The translations under genes were made by a program, and so were the position numbers. DNA of 64,000 nucleotides from an uncultured Sulfuricella sp. Lineage in GTDB: Bacteria; Pseudomonadota; Gammaproteobacteria; Burkholderiales; Sulfuricellaceae. Where the stretch lies: positions 66,495-130,494 of the forward strand of contig CAZGOY010000001.1 in the NCBI GenBank assembly GCA_964527565.1, given 5' to 3'. The notes under the pieces are model-generated. The model was not told where the DNA came from, made no database searches, and worked only from the letters and a program-made list of their open reading frames with translations. Below, piece by piece: positions 9,283-16,710 of this stretch. Numbering within the stretch: the first letter of the stretch is position 1; each line of letters starts with the position of its first letter.

Positions 9283-10172
9283 GGCAGCCCTCTTTCTCCC
9301 TCGTGGTGGCACGGTAGCAGGCCGCCCTCACCGGTTTCCACCGGGCGGGCCGGGTCGGTGATCCATTCGCTCCACGAACCGGGGTAAAGCCGGGAGCCGT
9401 GCAGGCCGGCGGCCTCCATGGCCAGAATGTTGTGGCAGGCGGTGACGCCGGAGCCGCAGGTGTGGATGACGTTTTCCGGCGCTTGTCCGCCGAGCAGGTT
9501 CAGATAGCTGTCGCGCAATTCCTCGGCGGGCAGGAAGGTGCCGCCCATGTCGAGGTTTTCCTCGAACGACCAATTGCACGAGCCGGGGATATGGCCGGCT
9601 ACCTTGTCTAGCGGTTCGCGCTCTCCGGTGAAGCGTTCTTCAGGGCGCGCATCGACGATGCGGCGGTCAAGGGCATGGCGGGCGGCATCGACTTCGGTGA
9701 CGTCCGCCCAGGTGTTGCGGTTGGGCCGGGCGCTGAATTGCGCCGGCGAAACGACGGGCATTTCCTGGGTCACGGGGTATTTGTCGCGCTTCCAGCGCGG
9801 CAGGCCGCCGTCGAGCAGGGCGACCGCATCGTGTCCCAGCCAGCGCAACAGCCACCACAGGCGCACAGCCATGCTGCCGAAACTGTCGTCGTATACCACC
9901 ACCTGCGTGCCGGGGCCGACGCCCCACTGGCCGAGCTTGTACGCAAGCGCCTCGGGATCGGGCAGGGGGTGGCGCCCGCTGGTGGAAGTGATCGGGCTGG
10001 ACAGGTCTTCATCGAGGTGCGCGTAACGCGCGCCGGGAATATGCCCGGCGGCATGGGCGCGCCGTCCGGCATCGGGGTCGGTGAGCGTGAAGCGGCAGTC
10101 GAACACCACCCAATCCGGGTCGTTGAGATGCTGCGCCAGTTGCGCGCAGGAGAGGAGTGTCGTGAATTTCAT
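9273..10172 (-). CDS. sseA: 3-mercaptopyruvate / thiosulfate sulfurtransferase (tandem rhodanese domains)
   Basis: 299 aa; active-site loop 'CGSGVTA' is typical of MST-type rhodaneses; also 'GHIPGA'. Confidence 0.85.
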   Translation of the reverse strand: MKFTTLLSCAQLAQHLNDPDWVVFDCRFTLTDPDAGRRAHAAGHIPGARYAHLDEDLSSPITSTSGRHPLPDPEALAYKLGQWGVGPGTQVVVYDDSFGSMAVRLWWLLRWLGHDAVALLDGGLPRWKRDKYPVTQEMPVVSPAQFSARPNRNTWADVTEVDAARHALDRRIVDARPEERFTGEREPLDKVAGHIPGSCNWSFEENLDMGGTFLPAEELRDSYLNLLGGQAPENVIHTCGSGVTACHNILAMEAAGLHGSRLYPGSWSEWITDPARPVETGEGGLLPCHHEGERGLPCA

Positions 10173-10229
10173 GTCTTGACGTGGGTATGAGGTGTCGGGG
10201 GCGAGGCGTCCGCCTCACCCCTCGCAAGG

Positions 10230-10562
10230 TCAGTAGCCGCCTTTGCCGAATGGCTTAGGCAAACCGGCAACCTTGGCGGACTGGCGGTTGGGTTGCATCG
10301 GGAACAGCGTGTAAAGGTGTTTTTTCCAGTCGGTGCCGGGGTGGCTGGCGTCGAAATCCTTGCACATGTTGCGGAAGTTCGGGGTGTGACCATGCTCCTT
10401 GTACTGCTCGCGCATGTAGTTGATGACCGTCCAGTGGTCGTCGGTAAGCTTGAGGCCTTCGGATTCGGCGATCACCGGCACTACGTCATCGCTGTAATCG
10501 GCTTCCAGCAGAAAACCCTCGTCGTCGGTCTCAAGTTCGGCGCCATTCACGGTGTAGCTCAT
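10230..10562 (-). CDS. TusE/DsrC-family protein lacking both C-terminal arm cysteines
   Basis: 110 aa, collinear with the genuine DsrC at 15476-15808. The arm reads 'RQSAKVAGLPKPFGKGGY' instead of 'KQACKIAGLPKPTGCI'. Confidence 0.85.
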   Translation of the reverse strand: MSYTVNGAELETDDEGFLLEADYSDDVVPVIAESEGLKLTDDHWTVINYMREQYKEHGHTPNFRNMCKDFDASHPGTDWKKHLYTLFPMQPNRQSAKVAGLPKPFGKGGY

Positions 10563-10607
10563 GGTATTTCCTCCTTTTGGTTGAGTGTGGGTAAAAATAA
10601 ATATGGA

Positions 10608-11174
10608 TTATACGAGTGCATTGATCGATTTGTGCGGAATGAAAACCCCGCAGCCCAGCTTGCGGTTGCCGCCCAGTCCCAGTTGCTGGACGCGGATGGC
10701 GTGTTCGACCGGCAGGCCGTGTAGCATCAGGCTGAAACCGGCCACCGCGCCATCCTCGGTGGTGAGGGTTTGCTGGCGGCCGCAAATGAAGCGGGTATCT
10801 ATGCCCAATTCATCGAGCAGGCGCATGATGTCGCGGGCAAAATCGCCTTCGTCGGCGCTGCCGGTGGTCACCAGTTGGGCATATAGCGGGGTGTGATGCG
10901 TCAGCGCCTTGACCTTGCCGGCACCGATAAGCAGCGCGTTGCCGACTACGCTGATGGTCTGGCCGTCCAGGGCCAGCGTGTCGTCCAGGCGTTCTTGCGG
11001 GATGCGGATCACCAGCTTGGCACGCCGGTTGAGGAGCAGCGTGCCATCGCCGCAGTCGGAGCCGTGCAGCGGGTGAATAGCGGCCAGGTTTTCCTGCGCC
11101 AGCCAGGGCAGCAGGCGCGCCAGTTCATCGAACAGGGCAAGGCCGTGATCCTTGGGGACGCGTGTGCCGCTCAA
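10608..11174 (-). CDS. Cas6/Cmx6-like RAMP-superfamily protein (orphan; no CRISPR array or other cas genes in the window)
   Basis: C-terminal glycine-rich loop 'QQLGLGGNRKLGCGVFIPHK', plus 'VPKDHGLALFDELARLLPWL' and 'IHPLHG' resembling the orphan type I-MYXAN Cas6/Cmx6 family as I remember it. The listed start is a TTG. The frame stays open 23 codons further upstream (to 11243) with no ATG/GTG/TTG. Confidence 0.5.
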   Translation of the reverse strand: MSGTRVPKDHGLALFDELARLLPWLAQENLAAIHPLHGSDCGDGTLLLNRRAKLVIRIPQERLDDTLALDGQTISVVGNALLIGAGKVKALTHHTPLYAQLVTTGSADEGDFARDIMRLLDELGIDTRFICGRQQTLTTEDGAVAGFSLMLHGLPVEHAIRVQQLGLGGNRKLGCGVFIPHKSINALV

Positions 11175-11239
11175 CCCGAACTGGACGTCGATAACCGCTT
11201 GGTCATCAACTGTGGGGGCGGATTTTTCAGCCGGCCAGC

Positions 11240-11494
11240 CTATTTTTCTTCTCCTGTTTGTGCCGCTGCTTTTTGCGCCGCAGACCAGTCCAGCAGGGCC
11301 TGCCCCCAGTGCTCAGCGGTGGCGGGGTCGATGTCGAAAACGGTAAAGCGCTTGATTTCCCGGATGCGTACGCGCAAAGTGCGGAACCCGGCGTCGTGAT
11401 CGACTTGCATCAGTTCGATCTCTTGGCGAAAGGGGGTGGCAAGGAACTTGCCGAGTGTGGTGGCCTGTTCCATGCCCATGCCGTAGTCGAGCAT
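11240..11494 (-). CDS. Hypothetical small protein (about 80 aa)
   Basis: ORF immediately upstream of the Cas6-like gene on the same strand. Its last codons carry the AGGAG that would serve the Cas6-like frame. No family recognised. Confidence 0.45.
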   Translation of the reverse strand: MLDYGMGMEQATTLGKFLATPFRQEIELMQVDHDAGFRTLRVRIREIKRFTVFDIDPATAEHWGQALLDWSAAQKAAAQTGEEK

Positions 11495-11554
11495 TTCGTG
11501 CGCCTCGCTTAGAGTGTGTTGCGTGAATGTTCGGGGGAAAGTCCTGCCGCATTA

Positions 11555-11642
11555 TATGGGGAATTGTTCGCCGAAGATCAAGGGGTGGCGCCCATACCCC
11601 AAGGTGGGGGAGGACCCCATACCCCATTCGGGTAGTATGGGG
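11555..11642. repeat. Cluster of four TATGGGG/CCCATAC heptamer-type motifs, including an 8+3 bp hairpin, in the divergent region upstream of dsrA
   Basis: TATGGGG at 11555-11561. CCCATAC at 11591-11597 and 11616-11622. GTATGGG at 11635-11641. CCCCATAC (11615-11622) pairs with GTATGGGG (11635-11642), and an inner CCC/GGG stem is also possible. Confidence 0.35.
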
Positions 11643-11859
11643 GCACCCGTGAAGAATGATAGAAAGACGGGCTCCATCGGTTGTAACATGCGGCCACGGT
11701 ACTAGGTGTTTCCCCGATGCGCGCGTTCGCTGATCGGGAAGCCGCGAGGAAGTACAAGGTGGCTCGCCACGAAATTTCAGGTTTTGCCGAAAGGGATGCC
11801 GGCGTTCCGGGTTTGAACTGGGAGACGCGTCCGTTTTAATTTTCTAGGAGATTGATGAT

Positions 11860-13161
11860 ATGGCCAAGAAACAATACGACACGCCAATGCTGGACCAGTT
11901 GGAAAGCGGCCCCTGGCCCAGCTTTGTAACTGGCCTGAAGCGCCTTGCCAAAGACAACGACATGATGGTTGACCTGATGGGTCAACTGGAAACCTCCTAC
12001 AAGACCAAAAAAGGTTACTGGAAGGGCGGCACGGTCGGGGTCTTCGGTTACGGCGGCGGCGTGATCCCGCGCTTCACCGAACTCAAGGACGAGCATGAGA
12101 AGCCCATGTTTCCTGATGCGGCCGAGTTCCACACCATTCGTATCATTCCGGCAGCCGGGATGCACTACACCACCGACATCCTGCGCAAGCTGTGCGACGC
12201 CTGGGTCGACAACGGCGGTTCCGGTCTGGCGGCGTTCCACGGCCAATCCGGCGACATCATGTTCCAGGGCATCAATACCGCCAACGTACAGAAGGCTTTC
12301 GACGCCTTCAACGAAATGGGTTTCGACCTGGGTGGTGCCGGCCCCGCCGTGCGTACCTCCATGTCCTGCGTCGGCGCAGCGCGTTGCGAGCAGTCCTGCT
12401 TCGACGAAGCCCGCGCCATGCGCCAGGTCGTCAACGCCTTCCTCGACGACATGCACCGCCCGGCCCTGCCGTACAAGATCAAGTTCAAGTTCTCCGGTTG
12501 CCCGAACGACTGCACCAACTCCATTCAACGTTCCGACATTGCCGTCATCGGCACCTGGCGCGACAGCATCCGTACCGACGAAGCGCTGGCCAAGGCTTGG
12601 TTCGCCAAGCACGGCATGGACGAGCTGGTCAACGACGTGATCAACCACTGCCCGACCAAGGCGCTGGCGCTGAAAGAAACCGCCAAGGTTTCCAAGGCTG
12701 AAGGCGTCTCCAGTGTCGCGGTCAACGACAGCCAGTCGCTGGAAATCAGCAACCACGACTGCGTGCGCTGCATGCACTGCATCAACGTCATGACCGGCGC
12801 GCTGGCTCCCGGCAAGGACAAGGGCGTCACTGTTCTGGTCGGCGGCAAGAGCGTGCTGAAGATCGGCGCAACCATGGGTACCGTGGTAATTCCGTTCATG
12901 AAGCTGGAATCCGACGAGGACTTCGAGGCGTTGGTGGAATTCGGTCAGAACCACATCGATTTCTTCGCCGAAAACGCACTGGAGCATGAGCGTAGCGGCG
13001 AGATGATCGACCGCATCGGTCTGGTCAACTACCTCGAAGGTGTCGGCCTCGAGATCGATCCCTCCATGGTGCTGCAACCGCGCGCCAACCCCTATGTCCG
13101 CATGGACGGCTGGGACGAGGAAGTGGAAAAGGCCAACGAACGCAAAGCCAAGGCTGCCTGA
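11860..13161 (+). CDS. dsrA: Dissimilatory (reverse-type) sulfite reductase alpha subunit
   Basis: 433 aa. N-terminus 'MAKKQYDTPMLDQLESGPWPSFVTG', siroheme/Fe-S cysteine clusters, and position first in the dsr locus. Confidence 0.95.
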   Translation: MAKKQYDTPMLDQLESGPWPSFVTGLKRLAKDNDMMVDLMGQLETSYKTKKGYWKGGTVGVFGYGGGVIPRFTELKDEHEKPMFPDAAEFHTIRIIPAAGMHYTTDILRKLCDAWVDNGGSGLAAFHGQSGDIMFQGINTANVQKAFDAFNEMGFDLGGAGPAVRTSMSCVGAARCEQSCFDEARAMRQVVNAFLDDMHRPALPYKIKFKFSGCPNDCTNSIQRSDIAVIGTWRDSIRTDEALAKAWFAKHGMDELVNDVINHCPTKALALKETAKVSKAEGVSSVAVNDSQSLEISNHDCVRCMHCINVMTGALAPGKDKGVTVLVGGKSVLKIGATMGTVVIPFMKLESDEDFEALVEFGQNHIDFFAENALEHERSGEMIDRIGLVNYLEGVGLEIDPSMVLQPRANPYVRMDGWDEEVEKANERKAKAA

Positions 13162-13203
13162 TAGGCCGGTCGAAAACGAACTAAACAAGTTTGGAGAGAA
13201 ACG

Positions 13204-14274
13204 ATGAGTGAAATGCGTGAACCGATTGAGAGCGGCGTACCAGATCACGTGCAGTACCTGCACCCGCTGATGAAGAAAAACTACGGCAACTGGAAATACC
13301 ACAACCGTCCGCGTCCCGGCGTGCTCCATCATGTGGCGCACAGCGGCGACGAAATCTGGACGGTGCGTGCCGGCACCCAGCGTCAGATGGACGTCTACAC
13401 CATTCGCACCTTGTGCGATATCGCCGACCAGTTCGCCGAAGGCCATGTCCGCTTCACCACCCGCAGCAACATCGAATTCATGGTGTCTGCCGAAGCCAAG
13501 GTTGCCCCGCTGATCGAAGCGCTGGGCAAGGGCGGTTTCCCGGTCGGCGGCACGGGCAATTCCGTGTCCATGATTTCCCACACCCAGGGCTGGCTGCACT
13601 GCGACATCCCCGGCACCGACGCTTCCGGCGTGGTGAAGGCGTTGATGGACGAACTCCATGATGAATTCATCAAGGAAGAAATGCCCAACCGCGTCAAGCT
13701 GTCCACCTCCTGCTGCGAAATCAACTGCGGCGGCCAGGCCGACATCGCCATCGTGGTGCAACACACCAAGCCGCCGAAGATCAACCACGATCTGGTGGCC
13801 AACGTGTGCGAACGCCCGACCGTCGTGGCGCGCTGCCCGGTAGCGGCGATTCGTCCCGCGCTGGTCAACGGCAAGCCTTCCCTGGAAGTGGACGAAGCCA
13901 AGTGCATCTGTTGCGGCGCCTGCTTCCCGCCCTGCCCGCCGATGCAGATCAACGATCCCGAGCATTCCAAGATCGCCATCTGGGTCGGTGGTAAGAACTC
14001 CAATGCGCGCATCCGCCCGACCTTCCACAAGCTGGTCACCTCCGGTCTGCCCAACAACGCTCCGCGCTGGCCCGAAGTGGCTGCCGTGGTGAAGAACATC
14101 CTCAAGACCTATAAGGAAGACGCCCGTCCTTGGGAGCGGATGTCCGACTGGGTCGAGCGCATCGGCTGGCCGCAATTCTTCGAGAAGACCGGCCTGCCGT
14201 TCACCAAGTTCCACATCGACGACTGGCGCGGTTCGCGTTCCACGCTGAACGCTTCCACGCATATCCGCTTCTGA
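13204..14274 (+). CDS. dsrB: Dissimilatory sulfite reductase beta subunit
   Basis: 356 aa with ferredoxin-like insert 'CICCGACFPPCP'; immediately follows dsrA. Confidence 0.95.
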   Translation: MSEMREPIESGVPDHVQYLHPLMKKNYGNWKYHNRPRPGVLHHVAHSGDEIWTVRAGTQRQMDVYTIRTLCDIADQFAEGHVRFTTRSNIEFMVSAEAKVAPLIEALGKGGFPVGGTGNSVSMISHTQGWLHCDIPGTDASGVVKALMDELHDEFIKEEMPNRVKLSTSCCEINCGGQADIAIVVQHTKPPKINHDLVANVCERPTVVARCPVAAIRPALVNGKPSLEVDEAKCICCGACFPPCPPMQINDPEHSKIAIWVGGKNSNARIRPTFHKLVTSGLPNNAPRWPEVAAVVKNILKTYKEDARPWERMSDWVERIGWPQFFEKTGLPFTKFHIDDWRGSRSTLNASTHIRF

Positions 14275-14293
14275 GCGTGAAATAAGGGCTTGT

Positions 14294-14326
14294 CTGCCGC
14301 CTGACGGCGGTAGGCAGGGGTGTTTT
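14294..14326 (+). terminator. Possible attenuator/partial terminator between dsrB and dsrE
   Basis: CUGCCGCC-UGAC-GGCGGUAG stem (one G-U pair), with a TTTTT run (14322-14326) a few nt downstream. Confidence 0.3.
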
Positions 14327-14351
14327 TACTTAGCTAACAGGATATTCAGGG

Positions 14352-14711
14352 ATGAAATTCGGAATCATGGTGAATGAAGGCCCTTACAACCATCAATCAT
14401 CGGATACGGCGTATCAGTTCGCCAAGGCCGCGATTGAAAAGGGGCATGAAATCCATCGCGTGTTCTTCTATCACGATGGCGTCAACAACGCGACCAAGCT
14501 CACCGAGCCGCCGCAGGATGACCGTCACATCGTCAACCGCTGGAGCAAGCTGGCGGAAGAGCATGGCGTTGATCTGGTGGTGTGTGTCGCCGCCGGCTTG
14601 CGCCGTGGCATCGTCGATGAAAATCTGGCGCCTGGCTTCCGTATTTCCGGGCTGGGGCAGCTGGTGGAATCGGGTATTCAGGCCGACCGCGTCGTTACCT
14701 TTGGCGATTGA
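14352..14711 (+). CDS. dsrE: Sulfurtransferase DsrE
   Basis: 119 aa, 'MKFGIMVNEGPYNHQSSDTAYQFAKAA', DsrE/TusD fold; gene order dsrEFH. Confidence 0.9.
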   Translation: MKFGIMVNEGPYNHQSSDTAYQFAKAAIEKGHEIHRVFFYHDGVNNATKLTEPPQDDRHIVNRWSKLAEEHGVDLVVCVAAGLRRGIVDENLAPGFRISGLGQLVESGIQADRVVTFGD

Positions 14712-14725
14712 TTTAGGGAGAAGAC

Positions 14726-15133
14726 ATGACTGAAAGCACAGGGGGTATCGACATGGATGAAGATTCCGCAGGTACCGTAAAAAAGTTTGCATTCATCAAC
14801 CGCAAGGCGCCCTACGGCACGGTTTACGCTCTGGAGTCTCTGGAAGTGGTGCTGATCAGCGCCGCATTCGACCAGGATGTCAGCTTGATGTTCATTGACG
14901 ATGGCGTTTATGAGCTCAAGAAGGGCCAGGGCACCAAGGCCATCGGCATGAAGAATTTCTCGCCGACTTATCGCGCGCTGGAAGGCTACGACATCGAGAA
15001 GCTGTATGTCGAGAAGGAATCGCTGGAAGAGCGCGGCCTGACCGAGGAGGATCTGCTGGTCGATGTGCAGGTGTTGAGCCGCGCCGACATGGCTGCTTTG
15101 ATGGAAGAGCAAGACGTCATTTTAAGTTTCTGA
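14726..15133 (+). CDS. dsrF: Sulfurtransferase DsrF
   Basis: 135 aa, 'KKFAFINRKAPYGT', TusC-like; GGGAG lies upstream of ATG 14726. Confidence 0.85.
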   Translation: MTESTGGIDMDEDSAGTVKKFAFINRKAPYGTVYALESLEVVLISAAFDQDVSLMFIDDGVYELKKGQGTKAIGMKNFSPTYRALEGYDIEKLYVEKESLEERGLTEEDLLVDVQVLSRADMAALMEEQDVILSF

Positions 15134-15146
15134 TTGGGGACGCATT

Positions 15147-15446
15147 ATGTTGCATATCGTGAACAAATCGCCGCTGGAAAAAAGCACCCTGGACAGCTGT
15201 CTTGCGCACGCCAAGGCCGGCAGCACCATCCTGCTGATTGAAGATGGCGTGTATGCCGTGACCAAGGGCAACAAGGTCGAGGCTGCCATCAAGCAAGCCA
15301 TGGCAAACTGCACCGTGTGTGCCCTGTGGCCGGATCTGGAAGCGCGCGGCATGCAGGACACGGTGATCGACGGCATCAAGCAGGTCGATTACAACGGTTT
15401 CGTGGATCTGGTTGCCGAGAACAACGCCGTGCAATCGTGGTTGTGA
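15147..15446 (+). CDS. dsrH: Sulfurtransferase DsrH
   Basis: 99 aa, 'MLHIVNKSP', TusB-like; third gene of dsrEFH. Confidence 0.85.
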   Translation: MLHIVNKSPLEKSTLDSCLAHAKAGSTILLIEDGVYAVTKGNKVEAAIKQAMANCTVCALWPDLEARGMQDTVIDGIKQVDYNGFVDLVAENNAVQSWL

Positions 15447-15475
15447 TTTTTTGCTTTTAAATCAAGGAGATAAAC

Positions 15476-15808
15476 ATGGGTTTTGAAATCAACGGCAAGA
15501 CGTATGAAACCGACGAAGAAGGCTACCTGGTCAACCTCGCCGAATGGGATGAAGAAGCCGCCAAGTACCTGGCCACCGAAGAGAAGGTTGAAATGACCGA
15601 AAGCCACTGGGAAGTGGTGAACTTCCTGCGCGAGTACTACAACGACTACCAGATTGCTCCTGCTGTGCGCGTGCTGACCAAGGCCATCGGCAAGAAGCTG
15701 GGACCGGAAAAGGGCAACAGCAAGTACCTGTATGAGCTGTTCCCGTATGGTCCGGCCAAGCAGGCATGCAAGATCGCCGGCCTGCCGAAGCCGACCGGTT
15801 GTATCTAA
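15476..15808 (+). CDS. dsrC: DsrC, the sulfur-carrier substrate protein of DsrAB/DsrMKJOP
   Basis: 110 aa ending 'QACKIAGLPKPTGCI', with both conserved arm cysteines (CysB-X10-CysA). Confidence 0.95.
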   Translation: MGFEINGKTYETDEEGYLVNLAEWDEEAAKYLATEEKVEMTESHWEVVNFLREYYNDYQIAPAVRVLTKAIGKKLGPEKGNSKYLYELFPYGPAKQACKIAGLPKPTGCI

Positions 15809-15932
15809 GCGTTACCAAGCTGTAAAAAGACGACTCAGGGGAGGTGGCTTCCGCCGCCTTCGCCTGGTCAAGAATTCTGAGCTGCGCAAGCCTGTGTGCT
15901 GAGCGCGCAAACATTGAACCGGGGGAAGTTTC

Positions 15933-16661
15933 ATGTCTTTTCTGACCGTGCTGTACGCCTGCCTGTTTTACGCGGCGACCGCCATATTGGTGGGCGGGCT
16001 GGCATACAAGATACGCGATTACTTTCGGACGCCGGCACCGCTGAAGATTCCGACCACGCCTGCACCGACCACCACCGGTGGCGTGATCTTCCGCATGGCA
16101 CGCGAAGTCGCCCTGTTTGAAAGCCTGTTCAAATCCAACAAGTGGATCTGGCTGTTCGGCTACCTGTTCCATGGCGCGCTGGCCTTGGTGTTGCTGCGCC
16201 ATCTGCGCTACTTTCAGGAGCCGGTGTGGTCGTGGGTAGCCTGGATTCAACCTTTCGGCACCTATGCAGGCTTCGCCATGGTGGCGGGTCTGGGTGGCTT
16301 GTGGGCGCGCCGTTTCCTGGTGGATCGCGTGCGCTATATTTCTACCCCTTCCGACCATCTGATGTTGCTGTTGCTCATCATGATCGGCATCAGCGGCCTG
16401 ATGATGCGCTTCGTCGCGCATACCGACGTCGTCGCCGTCAAATCCTTTTTTCTCGGCCTGATGACCTTCAGCTGGCAGCCGTTGCCGTCAGACCCGGCTT
16501 TGCTGCTGCATCTGGCGCTGGTGGCTTTGCTGATGATTATTTTCCCGATCAGCAAGCTGTTGCATGCGCCGGGCATTTTCTTCAGCCCGACGCGTAATCA
16601 AAAGGACGATCCGCGCGAGCGCCGCCACCTGGCGCCGTGGGCGGCTGAACTTGAGAAATAA
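15933..16661 (+). CDS. dsrM: DsrM, membrane dihaem cytochrome b (NarI-like)
   Basis: 242 aa, multi-helix hydrophobic protein with conserved His, at the dsrM position. Confidence 0.9.
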   Translation: MSFLTVLYACLFYAATAILVGGLAYKIRDYFRTPAPLKIPTTPAPTTTGGVIFRMAREVALFESLFKSNKWIWLFGYLFHGALALVLLRHLRYFQEPVWSWVAWIQPFGTYAGFAMVAGLGGLWARRFLVDRVRYISTPSDHLMLLLLIMIGISGLMMRFVAHTDVVAVKSFFLGLMTFSWQPLPSDPALLLHLALVALLMIIFPISKLLHAPGIFFSPTRNQKDDPRERRHLAPWAAELEK

Positions 16662-16710
16662 CCTTCTTTAAAATATTCCTTAAAGAAAAATCAGGATTCA
16701 AGGAGCAAAC

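Noticed and set aside
11836-14262. 808-aa ORF antisense to dsrA-dsrB
   Set aside because: It spans two genes and their spacer on the opposite strand, its composition is biased (G/A/V/H/D-rich) and no motif is recognisable. It is a GC-rich antisense artefact.
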